Assembly (NCBI GenBank): GCA_937921305.1
Contig: CAKZSU010000005.1
Coordinates: 74,740 to 138,739, forward strand
Direction of reading: 5' to 3'
From: an uncultured Patescibacteria group bacterium
GTDB taxonomy: Bacteria; Patescibacteriota; Microgenomatia; UBA10105; UBA927
DNA length: 64,000 nucleotides
Shown here: positions 23,668 to 33,249 of the stretch, one piece after another
How positions within the stretch are numbered: the first letter of the stretch is position 1
Layout of the letters: each line of letters starts with the position of its first letter
Made by a program: the position numbers and the translations under genes
The notes under the pieces: model-generated
Databases searched by the model: none
The model's input: the letters and a program-made list of their open reading frames with translations, nothing else
Told to the model about the DNA's origin: nothing

Positions 23668-24207
23668 ATGAATAAAGGATTTAGTTTAATCGAGATTCTT
23701 ATTACAATTGTTATATTGGGAGGAATAACAGTGATTTTATCGCAATCATTTTTTTCTCTTTCTCGATCTTCGTTTCGATCAGACGCCATGAAGCAGATAA
23801 AACAATCTGGGAATTTCGCGTTGCAGACAATTGAAAAAATGATTAGAGAAAGCGAAGCTGTTGTAAGCGTTTGCGATGGTAATCCTATTTCAAATAAAGA
23901 ACTTCTTCTTATAAATCGCGAGGGGTCTCAAACGCGTCTTCATTGCGCATCTGATATGATGGAAGGTGGCGCGATTATGAGAATTGCCTCAACAAGCAGC
24001 TCAGCAACACAGTATTTGACGCCAACATATGTAACGCTTGGCGGAAATACCTGTGAGTCTTCTTCGTTAGAATTTTCGTGCATTGCTTCTTCTCGATTTG
24101 TTCAATCAGTTCAAGTGAAGTTTCGTCTTTCTCCTGTAGGGATACAAGAGCAACCTATCGAATCGTCAAGTATTGAATTTCAAACAACGGTTAATGTGCG
24201 AAAATGA
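23668..24207 (+). CDS. minor pilin-like protein
   Basis: KGFSLIEILITIVILGGITVI prepilin signal. Confidence 0.7.
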   Translation: MNKGFSLIEILITIVILGGITVILSQSFFSLSRSSFRSDAMKQIKQSGNFALQTIEKMIRESEAVVSVCDGNPISNKELLLINREGSQTRLHCASDMMEGGAIMRIASTSSSATQYLTPTYVTLGGNTCESSSLEFSCIASSRFVQSVQVKFRLSPVGIQEQPIESSSIEFQTTVNVRK

Positions 24208-25037
24208 ATGAATCACGACAATCAGGTCAAATTCTTCTTATTACTTTGTTAGTTCTTGTCGTGCTTATCACGATAGGATTGGCGTTGATCGGTCGAGTTC
24301 GTATCGACACGACGATGACGACAGACATTGAGGAATCGTTGAGAGCGTTTAGCGCCGCGGAAGCCGGAGTGGAAGAAGCGTTAAAAAGCGGCGTTGTGCG
24401 ATCGCAACCAGTTCAGTTGAGCGATGTTCCAGCGTCTTATACAACGCAAATAAACACTATCAATGCCGCAACAAGTTATTACAAATTTCCTCGCGTTTTA
24501 TCTCAAGGGGAGGTGGAAACATTTTGGCTGATCAATCATGACGAGAATCAGACACGTCAAGAGATTCCTACGTATACGCGAGACAGAATTACTCTTTGTT
24601 GGAGAGGAAAGCAAGGAGAAACTCCCGCGTTATCAATTGCTTTGATGTACAAGCGAGGGGCACAGTATCTTGTTGCGAGAGCAGCGATTGATCCAAATCG
24701 AGATCGAGACAACAATTTTTCCGCTCCTGATAGTTTTGGGAGTGGTTGTGGACAACCGAATGTGTTCATAAAAGAGATTCGTTTTTCAGATTTTTCTCCA
24801 TCGATTAATCCAACCACCGATATACTTATATTTATTCGACTTCGTTCGTTCTACGCCGACGCGTTTCTGTTTGTTGATGGAGGCGGATTTTCACTGCCAA
24901 ATCAAGGGAATGTTATTATATCGACTGGAACCACAGGGAGCGGTGTTGCAAGGAAAATCGTTGTGGTTCGACCATTTCGAGCGCCGCGAGGAATATTTGA
25001 CGCGGCGATTATAAGTCAGACTTCTTTTTCCAAATGA
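24204..25037 (+). CDS. PilX-like pilus tip/minor pilin protein
   Basis: N-terminus QSGQILLITLLVLVVLITIGLALIG resembles the PilX_N domain. 277 aa, the largest of the pilin-like genes. Confidence 0.5.
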   Translation: MNESRQSGQILLITLLVLVVLITIGLALIGRVRIDTTMTTDIEESLRAFSAAEAGVEEALKSGVVRSQPVQLSDVPASYTTQINTINAATSYYKFPRVLSQGEVETFWLINHDENQTRQEIPTYTRDRITLCWRGKQGETPALSIALMYKRGAQYLVARAAIDPNRDRDNNFSAPDSFGSGCGQPNVFIKEIRFSDFSPSINPTTDILIFIRLRSFYADAFLFVDGGGFSLPNQGNVIISTGTTGSGVARKIVVVRPFRAPRGIFDAAIISQTSFSK

Positions 25038-25055
25038 TCATGGTACACTAAAATT

Positions 25056-26078
25056 ATGCAGACACTTTTGGGACTAGATATTGGTTCACATACAATGAAA
25101 ATTGTCGAGCTTAAAAAGCAAGGCAACACTGCGTATACGCTATTAACCGCCGCGTCAGCTCCGACACCACCAAAAGTTATCGGTACTACCCCAGAGTTTG
25201 AAATTGAATCATTCGCTCAGTCTATCCAAAAATTTATCAAAGACGCAAAGGTAAAATCTAGATCTGTGCATATCGCTCTTCCAGAATCTCAAGTGTTTAC
25301 AAGGGTGATCGAGGTTCCGCAGTTGTCTCGTCAAGAACTAGCGTCATCTCTTAAATGGGAAGCGGAACAATATATTCCACTTCCGCTTGATCAGGTCAAT
25401 ATGGACTTTGCGATACTAAGGGAAGCGAAAGATACAATGAATAACATGATGCAAGTATTGTTGGTTGCCGCGCCAAAGACATTGATTGACAAATATGTCT
25501 CATTTCTTGAGCTTGCCGGTCTTGCCGTTGTTAGCGTGGAGACAGAAATAATTTCTGCGACGCGAGCAATTCTTCCTATGGTCAGTAATACAAAAACTGC
25601 GATTCTCGTGTCTCTTGGAGCGCAAACAACGGACTTGGCGATTCTTCGAGATGGCGTGATTGCGTTTACCCGATCAATCAGCGCCGGAGGCGAAGCGTTG
25701 TCTCGCGCGTTAGTGCAAATTCTTGGGTTTAAGCAACATCAGGCGGAAGAATTTAAGAGAACATATGGATTAAATAAGCAGCATCTAGAAGGAAGAATTG
25801 TTGAAGCGGTAAAGCCGATTATGGATACGATTATTAGCGAGATTAAACGATCGCTTGTGTTTTATCAAGAAAAGTATAAAACAGATCAACTTGATCTCTT
25901 GATTCTTTCTGGAGGAACGGCAAAATTGCCGGGAATTGTTGCCTATATGAAAGAATATGTTGGAGTTGATGTTCAAATTGCGAATCCGTGGATAGGGATA
26001 CAGAGAAATCAGCAATTTGCGTTTCTTGACGCCGAAGCTCCAATGTTTACTGTCGCTGCCGGCTTAGCGCGATTGTAA
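25056..26078 (+). CDS. pilM: type IV pilus assembly protein PilM (actin-like ATPase fold)
   Basis: LGLDIGSHTMKIVEL...LVSLGAQTTDLAILRDG...ILSGGTAKLPGI; 340 aa. Confidence 0.85.
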   Translation: MQTLLGLDIGSHTMKIVELKKQGNTAYTLLTAASAPTPPKVIGTTPEFEIESFAQSIQKFIKDAKVKSRSVHIALPESQVFTRVIEVPQLSRQELASSLKWEAEQYIPLPLDQVNMDFAILREAKDTMNNMMQVLLVAAPKTLIDKYVSFLELAGLAVVSVETEIISATRAILPMVSNTKTAILVSLGAQTTDLAILRDGVIAFTRSISAGGEALSRALVQILGFKQHQAEEFKRTYGLNKQHLEGRIVEAVKPIMDTIISEIKRSLVFYQEKYKTDQLDLLILSGGTAKLPGIVAYMKEYVGVDVQIANPWIGIQRNQQFAFLDAEAPMFTVAAGLARL

Positions 26079-26095
26079 CCGTTGGTGATCGATAT

Positions 26096-26647
26096 ATGAA
26101 TCGTGGTATCGCGATAAATCTTTTTCGACCAACCTCTCGCTTCTCTGATCAAGAACGTGCGTTGTTTCGAAAACTTCGCATATATAGCGCGATCGTTCTT
26201 TTTTTCATAATCGCGTTAAGCGCGTTTGTGGCGATTGCATATCTTGCGGGGGCCACGCAGTATTCTCGATTAGAAGAAGAGCGAGCGTTTCTCGCAAAAT
26301 CAGTGTCAGCGCAAGCGAAAAAAGAAATTCTATTACTCTCATTTCAAGAGAGAGTACCTGTCGTTCAACAGATTATGAAGAATCAACAACCTCTTGATAA
26401 TTTGCTTGGTTCTTTGGCAGAAATCGCGTCTCCTTTAAGTATACAAACAGTATCTTTTAACAAAGAACATAATTATCAAGTGCAGACAACGATCACTACG
26501 GATTCACTGGAGGAAATGCAAGAGATTATTGGTCGCGTGTTACAAAAAACAGAAGAGCGCGATATTCATAGCCCATATATTCAATCGTTGTCGATTGGAG
26601 GCAATGGGAAAGTGGAGGCGATTCTTCGATTTGCACCAATATTGTAA
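26096..26647 (+). CDS. pilN: PilN-like pilus assembly protein
   Basis: Single N-terminal TM helix followed by a coiled-coil. Sits between pilM and the pilO-like gene. Confidence 0.55.
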   Translation: MNRGIAINLFRPTSRFSDQERALFRKLRIYSAIVLFFIIALSAFVAIAYLAGATQYSRLEEERAFLAKSVSAQAKKEILLLSFQERVPVVQQIMKNQQPLDNLLGSLAEIASPLSIQTVSFNKEHNYQVQTTITTDSLEEMQEIIGRVLQKTEERDIHSPYIQSLSIGGNGKVEAILRFAPIL

Positions 26648-26667
26648 TCTCGTATGAGAAATATAGT

Positions 26668-27417
26668 ATGATTCGATACAGACGAACATTACAAAAGTAT
26701 CAACCATATATTCTTCCGATAGGGATATTTGTCTGTTCTATTCTTTGGTGTTTTTTATTTATCGTCCCATTTATTCAAAGAACCATTGAACTTTTTCGCG
26801 ATGTTAATGTTGTCAGATCTCATGTAGAAAAACTTCAGGAAAAATCGTCTGTTTTGGCAACTATCGATGAGCTTCAATTTGAAAATCAGCTAAACATCTT
26901 GACCTCTGCCGTGCCGATCGAACCGTCATTGGCGACAATTCTCATAACATTAGAACAAATCAGTGAACGCTCCGGCGCTCAGTTGATTTCATTCACAATT
27001 GAGTCATCAGAATCATTGGCAACGCAGTCGGGATCTCTTGAAGAGCAAAAAGATCGATCAAAAGGACAGGGGACTCAGTTGCCATTTTCGGTTGTTATTG
27101 GCGGATCGTTTGAGCAAATTCAAACATTTTTGCGATTTGCCCATACTGTGAGACGATTTTTTTCTATTCATGGCGTGAGAGCGCAGTTAAATGAAGATGA
27201 TAATCAGCTTCGAGCAACATTGTCCGTTGACGCCTTTTATCTTCCTTTATCAAAGAAACATCAGCAAGAAACGTTGCGACCGATAACAGATGAAGAGTAC
27301 GCAATCCTTTCAAAAGTGCAGGAATATCAAGATATGGGAAATATTCAGTTGGGAAGCGCCGATGTGTTGCCAAATACTCCTCTTGAAGGCAGAGCTAATC
27401 CTTTTTCTCTGGAATAA
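26668..27417 (+). CDS. pilO: PilO-like pilus assembly protein
   Basis: N-terminal TM helix and a coiled-coil. Last gene of the pilMNO block. Confidence 0.5.
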   Translation: MIRYRRTLQKYQPYILPIGIFVCSILWCFLFIVPFIQRTIELFRDVNVVRSHVEKLQEKSSVLATIDELQFENQLNILTSAVPIEPSLATILITLEQISERSGAQLISFTIESSESLATQSGSLEEQKDRSKGQGTQLPFSVVIGGSFEQIQTFLRFAHTVRRFFSIHGVRAQLNEDDNQLRATLSVDAFYLPLSKKHQQETLRPITDEEYAILSKVQEYQDMGNIQLGSADVLPNTPLEGRANPFSLE

Positions 27418-28051
27418 CGGGCGCTTTATTCGTTGTCCTCCATGCGTCGATTTGTTTGTGGTTTCCTGACAAAAGAATATCTGGTACTTTCATGCCTTTA
27501 TATTCTGGAGGTCTTGTGTACTGAGGATATTCAAGGAAGTTATCGGTAAATGACTCATCGTGTGTCGCTTCTGAATCAAGAACACCAGGGAGAAGTCTTG
27601 TGACGCTATCAACAATAACCATCGCTGGTATTTCTCCTCCAGTCAAGACATACTGCCCTATTGAGAGCGACTCATCGACAAGAGATCGAACCCGTTCGTC
27701 TACCCCTTCGTAGTGACCGCATAGAAGAATGATATGATCATATGACGTTAATTTTCTAGCAAGTTCTTGTGTGTAGTATCTCCCTTTAGGATCAAGGAGA
27801 ACCGTGATCGTTTTTGTATCATTCGTTTTAATATGCGTTAATGCTCTATCGATGATATCGACGCGCATAATCATTCCCTTTCCGCCTCCATATGGACGAT
27901 CATCAACAGATTTATGTTTATCTGTTGCGAAGTCTCGAGTGTTAACAATTGCAATGTCGATGATCTGTTGTTCTTTCGCCCGCTTGATAATCGATGCGTC
28001 AAACGGACCGGTGAACATTTCGGGAAAGAGGGTAAGTATTGTATACTTCAT
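27395..28051 (-). CDS. trmD: tRNA (guanine37-N1)-methyltransferase
   Basis: ILTLFPEMF...DRPYGGGKGMIM and SPOUT-knot motifs. Confidence 0.9.
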   Translation of the reverse strand: MKYTILTLFPEMFTGPFDASIIKRAKEQQIIDIAIVNTRDFATDKHKSVDDRPYGGGKGMIMRVDIIDRALTHIKTNDTKTITVLLDPKGRYYTQELARKLTSYDHIILLCGHYEGVDERVRSLVDESLSIGQYVLTGGEIPAMVIVDSVTRLLPGVLDSEATHDESFTDNFLEYPQYTRPPEYKGMKVPDILLSGNHKQIDAWRTTNKAPVIPEKKD

Positions 28052-28278
28052 TCCGCGATAGCGACATCTACGTAGGTGTGTTGTTTGATCGCCATGATTT
28101 TGATGAGGTCTCGAATCGCTCGAATGATTCTTCCTTGCTTGCCAATAATTTTTCCTATATCTTCTTGCGCCGCATGAATAACAAGGATCGTTTTGTGTTC
28201 GTGTTGTTGTTCTTCTACAGAAAGCGCGTCTTTGTTTTCAACAATGTGCTCGAGGATGTAGAGAAGCGTATCTTTCAT
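28048..28278 (-). CDS. KH-domain RNA-binding protein (YlqC/UPF0109 family)
   Basis: 76 aa; IGKIIGKQGRIIRAIRDLI is the KH GxxG loop. Conserved position between rpsP and trmD. Confidence 0.75.
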   Translation of the reverse strand: MKDTLLYILEHIVENKDALSVEEQQHEHKTILVIHAAQEDIGKIIGKQGRIIRAIRDLIKIMAIKQHTYVDVAIAE

Positions 28279-28281
28279 ACA

Positions 28282-28518
28282 TTACGATGCTTGATGTTGT
28301 AAAAGTTTCTTTACTGCTTCGGTAAGTTGCGCGCCAACAGATTGCCAATACGAAATTCGTTCTGTATCAATTTTTATAATTGGCGGTTTTACTGTCGGGT
28401 CATAAAATCCGAGAATCTCTTTTGCTTTTCCGTCGCGTTTTTTTGATTCATCGATCGCGATGATGCGGTATTTTTTCTTATTTTTCGTTCCTGTTTGCGT
28501 GAGACGTATTTTTAGCAT
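28282..28518 (-). CDS. rpsP: 30S ribosomal protein S16
   Basis: MLKIRLTQTGTKNKKKYRIIAIDESKKRDGK...YWQSVGAQLTE. Start taken at the internal Met of the longer ORF. Confidence 0.85.
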   Translation of the reverse strand: MLKIRLTQTGTKNKKKYRIIAIDESKKRDGKAKEILGFYDPTVKPPIIKIDTERISYWQSVGAQLTEAVKKLLQHQAS

Positions 28519-28531
28519 ACTGTTGATTCTA

Positions 28532-29242
28532 TCATCTTCTTCCCATCTTCTCAAGGGCGTTTGCGGCCGCTTGTTGTTCTCCTTCCTGCTTTGATTTGCC
28601 GACGCCTGTTCCGAGAATTTTATCTCCCACTAATACTTCAATCCAAAATGTTTTATTGTGATCTGGGCCTTCGGATTTTGCCACGCGGTATGTCGGAGAC
28701 ATTTTTGATTCTTGTTGCACGATTTCTTGAAGAAGACTTTTAAAATCGATGTATGATTTTGTTTCAATGATGTGTTGCGCTTTTGGGAGGATGTATCGTG
28801 AGAGAAACGATCGCGCCTGTTCTATCCCCTGGTCTAAATAGATTGCGCCAAGCAAGGCCTCAAAGCAGTCTGCAAGTAATGAATGGTTTCTTCTTCCTCC
28901 GGATTCTTCTTCTCCTTTGCTTAACATCAGAAGATCTCCGAGATGAAGGGATTCCGCGACGTCCGCGAGACTTTTTGTTTTGACAAGGCTTGATCGGATG
29001 TTTGTAAGTGTTCCTTCGGCAAGGTTGGGATATTGGGTATATAAAAATTCAGAAGTAAGAAGTGAGAGAACGGCGTCGCCAAGAAATTCAAGTCGTTCAT
29101 TTGATTGCTTGATGTGACGGGCTTCATTGAGATATGAACGATGATAAAACGCTTGGTTCAAAAGCGATACATCATGAAATGATATGCCGATGGTTTGTTG
29201 CAATTCGTCAAGCGTTATAGTGGTCTCCTGTTGGTTGTTCAT
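28532..29242 (-). CDS. rnc: ribonuclease III
   Basis: ERLEFLGDAVLSL signature plus C-terminal dsRBD. Confidence 0.9.
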   Translation of the reverse strand: MNNQQETTITLDELQQTIGISFHDVSLLNQAFYHRSYLNEARHIKQSNERLEFLGDAVLSLLTSEFLYTQYPNLAEGTLTNIRSSLVKTKSLADVAESLHLGDLLMLSKGEEESGGRRNHSLLADCFEALLGAIYLDQGIEQARSFLSRYILPKAQHIIETKSYIDFKSLLQEIVQQESKMSPTYRVAKSEGPDHNKTFWIEVLVGDKILGTGVGKSKQEGEQQAAANALEKMGRR

Positions 29243-29594
29243 TGTTCAGTTCTTTCATGACTGCTCCCAACGCGCCGTTGATAAACGCCGGGCTGCTCGG
29301 ATTGCCAAACGCTTTTGCTAATTCGATCGCTTCATCAATGATGACTTTTGGTGGTTCTTTTTGTTCTATCACCAATTCATAAATCGCTAAACGAAGAATG
29401 CTAAGGTCGATTTTTGCTATGCGATCAATCGGCCATTCAGGAGCGACACGTTGAATTATGGCGTCTATGCGATTTAGCGATGAAACGATTGGTTCTATGA
29501 CTGCTTCTGGTGTATGTTCTTGGAAGCTGTGCGCGAATAATTTTTGCATGAGGGTAATTCTTCTCTGGTGTCGTGGATCTTGCGGGGTTTTCAT
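29208..29594 (-). CDS. nusB: transcription antitermination factor NusB
   Basis: RHQRRITLMQKLFA...DRIAKIDLSILRLAIYEL...AIELAKAFG...FINGALG. Confidence 0.7.
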   Translation of the reverse strand: MKTPQDPRHQRRITLMQKLFAHSFQEHTPEAVIEPIVSSLNRIDAIIQRVAPEWPIDRIAKIDLSILRLAIYELVIEQKEPPKVIIDEAIELAKAFGNPSSPAFINGALGAVMKELNNEQPTGDHYNA

Positions 29595-29669
29595 GCTCCT
29601 TCGTGCAACAATTAGCGTTCGCGTTTCATGACTTATGAAGGCATAAAGGAACGCCCACTGTTGACGACT

Positions 29670-29852
29670 TCATGCTTTTGCAATTTTTTCTCCTTTGTAG
29701 ATGAGATATCCGTCTTGCATATATGCCCTATGAGGGAGATGCAACGGTTCATTGCCTTTTCCTTTTGTGACAGTTGGTAACGAAAGTTTGATTGCCGCTT
29801 TTCGTTTTCCGCCTCGTCGTGTTGAATGTCTTCGTTTTACTAATGGAGCCAT
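29670..29852 (-). CDS. rpmF: 50S ribosomal protein L32
   Basis: 60 aa; KRRHSTRRGGKR...PLHLPHRAYMQDGYLIYKGEKIAK aligns with the L32 pattern (KKSRSRR...HLRHHIT.DGYYRGRKV). Confidence 0.65.
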   Translation of the reverse strand: MAPLVKRRHSTRRGGKRKAAIKLSLPTVTKGKGNEPLHLPHRAYMQDGYLIYKGEKIAKA

Positions 29853-29861
29853 GCGTATCTC

Positions 29862-31907
29862 CTAATCATGAATTTCTCCTATTATAGCTTTTTTTATTCG
29901 CTCTCTCAAGTGGGGAATGGTTAAACAGTCTGGGTCGTTCTGCATGAGATCTTCCGCGGCGCGTTTTGTTTGTTCTAATAAGTGTGTGTCTCCAAACGAG
30001 GCTATTTTTAATGTTGGAAATCCGTGTTGTCTAACGCCAAACACATCTCCAGCTCCTCGGAACAACAAGTCAAGATCAGCTAATTCTGGACCATTGTGGA
30101 TCGTTTCCATGGCTTTTAATCGTTTCAATGCTCGTTCATCTTGACTTTCTGTGAAAAGCAAGCAGTATGATTGCTTCTGCCCTCTTCCAACGCGTCCGCG
30201 CAATTGATGGAGTTGACTTAAGCCAAATCGTTCTGCGGTTTCAATAACAATAATTGTGGCGTTTGGAATATCGATGCCCACTTCTACAACCGGCGTGGCG
30301 AGAAGAATGTGGTGCTTTTTCTGAAGCATATCCGTGAGCACCGCGGTTTTTTCTTTTGGTTTCATGTTCCCGTGGAGCAGTCCAATCGAGAATTCTGAGA
30401 ATATGGTTTTAAGTTTTTCGTACTCTTTTTTTACCGCTTTCACATCGGCAAGCGTTTCTGATTCCGATTCTTCTATTAACGGACAGATGATAAACACTTG
30501 GCTATCGGTTTCTTTGATTTGTTTTTTTATCCATTCATAGGCGTTTTCTCGTTTTTCATTGGGGACAAGCCATGTTTTTATGGGTTTCCGTCCTGACGGC
30601 ATAGAAAGTAAAAAGCTCACATCAATGTTTCCTAAAAATGTTTTTGCGATCGTTCGAGGGATCGGCGTTGCCGTCATCGTGAGAAAATGGGGAACGATTG
30701 TTTCGTGTTGTTTCAGAAGCTTAGTTCGTTGTTTGACACCAAATCGATGTTGTTCGTCAATGACGATCAAGCCGACATTCCCAAGTATGTCTTGGTTTGT
30801 CAGTAGCGCGTGTGTTCCAACGATGATTCTATGATCGTCGCTAAACATATCGATTGTTGATGTATTTCCTGTGATGAGATCAATTTTTATATCAAATGAT
30901 TTAAATATGGACGAAAGCATTTTGTGATGTTGTTCTGCAAGAATCTGCGTGGGCGCCATGAGGACAGAGGAATACCGATGTTTCCACAGAAGATACATGG
31001 CAAACGCGGCGATAACCGTTTTTCCCGATCCCACATCGCCAATGATTAATCGATTCATCGGGACGTTTTTTGAAAGATCGTCTGAAATGTCTTGGATGAC
31101 ACGTTCCTGATCGGGAGTAAGTGAAAATGGCAACGCATGTTTGAATTGATCGATATCATCGTGATGAATAGAAAGCGCGATTCCCTTTTCTGATGTTTCT
31201 CTTTGTCGTCGCAACGCCTGAGATATAACATGGAGTTCAAGGAGTTCATCAAACGCAAGCCGTCGCTTTGCTTCTTTCGCATCTTCAAGCATTTTTGGAA
31301 AATGGACACGTTGAATCGCGTCTGAAAGCGTCATAAGGTTATAAGATGATTGAATATGTTCTGGAAGATAGTCGGTGATTTCGTCTGCTAGCTCTGTCAA
31401 TAACGCGTAAACTTTCTCTCTCAACCATGTGGAAGTGATGCCTTCGGTTTCCGGATAAATTGGCACGATCCGTCCTGTGTGAAGATTGAGGTTTTCCGAT
31501 GATTCGCGTTCGAATGTGGGGTTTGAGAGGACAATCCTTTTTCCAAACCACGAGACCGTTCCAGAAAAATTTCCTTTGTTGCCTTCTCGAATGACGCGAA
31601 GAAGATACTGTTGGTTGAACCAAATAATTGTCATAATCCCAGTATTATCTACGACTTTCCCTTCAATAATTTTCTTCCCATACTTTGTGACGAAAAACTT
31701 CATGGAAAGAACGGTGCCGTAAATCGTGATAGTTTCTCCCAGTTGCGCTTCGGCGATTGGAGTAATCAAAGAGTAGTCTTCGTAGCGAAATGGAAAATGA
31801 TAAAGCATGTCTTTTACTGTATGTATGCCAAGTCGTTTGAGCAACTCCGCTCGTTTCTTCCCTACTGATGAAAGTGCTTCGATAGGCGTGGTGAGAGATA
31901 GTGTCAT
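29862..31907 (-). CDS. recG: ATP-dependent DNA helicase RecG
   Basis: Wedge/OB N-terminal domain. Helicase motifs GDVGSGKT, DEQHRFG, TATPIPRT, QLRGRVGRG. 681 aa. Confidence 0.9.
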   Translation of the reverse strand: MTLSLTTPIEALSSVGKKRAELLKRLGIHTVKDMLYHFPFRYEDYSLITPIAEAQLGETITIYGTVLSMKFFVTKYGKKIIEGKVVDNTGIMTIIWFNQQYLLRVIREGNKGNFSGTVSWFGKRIVLSNPTFERESSENLNLHTGRIVPIYPETEGITSTWLREKVYALLTELADEITDYLPEHIQSSYNLMTLSDAIQRVHFPKMLEDAKEAKRRLAFDELLELHVISQALRRQRETSEKGIALSIHHDDIDQFKHALPFSLTPDQERVIQDISDDLSKNVPMNRLIIGDVGSGKTVIAAFAMYLLWKHRYSSVLMAPTQILAEQHHKMLSSIFKSFDIKIDLITGNTSTIDMFSDDHRIIVGTHALLTNQDILGNVGLIVIDEQHRFGVKQRTKLLKQHETIVPHFLTMTATPIPRTIAKTFLGNIDVSFLLSMPSGRKPIKTWLVPNEKRENAYEWIKKQIKETDSQVFIICPLIEESESETLADVKAVKKEYEKLKTIFSEFSIGLLHGNMKPKEKTAVLTDMLQKKHHILLATPVVEVGIDIPNATIIVIETAERFGLSQLHQLRGRVGRGQKQSYCLLFTESQDERALKRLKAMETIHNGPELADLDLLFRGAGDVFGVRQHGFPTLKIASFGDTHLLEQTKRAAEDLMQNDPDCLTIPHLRERIKKAIIGEIHD

Positions 31908-32041
31908 GAGAAGTATTGTACTATTAGTTTTTTACAATCCGCCAAAGAAGAATGGCAACAGAGAGCTTAAGACAAGAGAAAGGGATGCAATAATGACGAT
32001 GACAGTCCAAAATTTTCTATGTTTTCTAACAAAATCCATAT

Positions 32042-33226
32042 TTATGCTACTATTTTACCAGCTTTTTTCTTTCCGACAACAATAATATCTCCTGATTTAA
32101 ACGCATGTGGCGTCGCATGATTGCTCACGCTGGCATTGTTGATTGAGACTGCTCTCTGCGCGATAAGTCGTTTCCCCTCGGATTTGCTTTCAATAAGACC
32201 GAGAGAGAGCAATTGTTCAACGATTGTTTCTCCGGAAATATGAGAGAGTGGATATTCTGGGAGATCCGCGGCAAGAAAGTTTTTTTCTTGAACGCGAAGC
32301 TCAAATTGCCGTTGCGCTTCTTTTGCTTCGTTTTCTGTGTTGAATTGTTTCGTCAGCTCAAATGCGAGCCGTTTTTTCCATGCCAGTGGATCTTTTCGAA
32401 TATTATCTGCTGATACTAATTGATCTGTAAGAAGATGAAAACATGGAGCGATCGCGTCGTCTCCAAGACTCATAATTTTCGCGTAAAAGTCATTTGGCTG
32501 GTCAGTAAGACCAATCACATTTCCTTCAGTTTTTCCAATCTTATTGCCCTTCGCGTCGGTGAGAAGCGGCACGGTTATGACAAATTTTTCTTTTTGTTTC
32601 ATGATGCGCATGAGTTTTCTTCCCATCATCATGTTAAATAATTGATCTGTTCCGCCGATTTCAACATCAACATCCATTGCGACAGAATCATACCCTTGCA
32701 GGATTGGATAGAGAAATTCATTCATGTAGAGTTCCTGGCCTTCTTTGACTCGTTTTTGAAACATGTCTCGTTCAATAACTTGTTGATAGGTTAAATAATG
32801 CGCGAGAGAGACAAATTCTACCGCGTTCATCGAGCCAAGCCACGTGCTGTTATATAGAATCTCCACTGGATTCTCGCCGTCAAATCGGAGGATTTTCCCA
32901 GCTTGCTCTTTGTATTGTTCCGCGTTTTTGATCACTTCTTCCCGCGTGAGGAGTTTTCTTGCGGTTGTTTTTCCCGATGGATCGCCAATTACTGCCGTCG
33001 CGTCGCCGATAAGAAAAATGACATGGTGTCCAAGATCTTGAAACTGTCGAAGTTTTCGGATGGCAACTGCGTGCCCAATGTGAAGCTGGGGGCCTGTAGG
33101 ATCGAATCCTTGGTACACGCGAAGTTTTTTCCCAGAACGGAGAAACGCTTCGAGTTTTTGTTTGCTCGGATAAATTTCCTCTATTCCTTGTGAAAGCAAC
33201 AGATCAATTGCGTCCATATGATGCAT
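32042..33226 (-). CDS. tyrS: tyrosyl-tRNA synthetase
   Basis: HIGH-type motif (PQLHIGH), KMSKS-like (KIMSLGDD), C-terminal S4-like domain. Confidence 0.9.
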   Translation of the reverse strand: MHHMDAIDLLLSQGIEEIYPSKQKLEAFLRSGKKLRVYQGFDPTGPQLHIGHAVAIRKLRQFQDLGHHVIFLIGDATAVIGDPSGKTTARKLLTREEVIKNAEQYKEQAGKILRFDGENPVEILYNSTWLGSMNAVEFVSLAHYLTYQQVIERDMFQKRVKEGQELYMNEFLYPILQGYDSVAMDVDVEIGGTDQLFNMMMGRKLMRIMKQKEKFVITVPLLTDAKGNKIGKTEGNVIGLTDQPNDFYAKIMSLGDDAIAPCFHLLTDQLVSADNIRKDPLAWKKRLAFELTKQFNTENEAKEAQRQFELRVQEKNFLAADLPEYPLSHISGETIVEQLLSLGLIESKSEGKRLIAQRAVSINNASVSNHATPHAFKSGDIIVVGKKKAGKIVA

Positions 33227-33249
33227 ACTATATCATACATCTGTAAAGT

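Noticed and set aside
31807-32085. 92-aa plus ORF spanning the recG start and the recG-tyrS gap
   Set aside because: It overlaps the recG N-terminus out of frame and has no recognisable features. A short minus-strand membrane micro-ORF in the same gap is more plausible and is listed as a finding.
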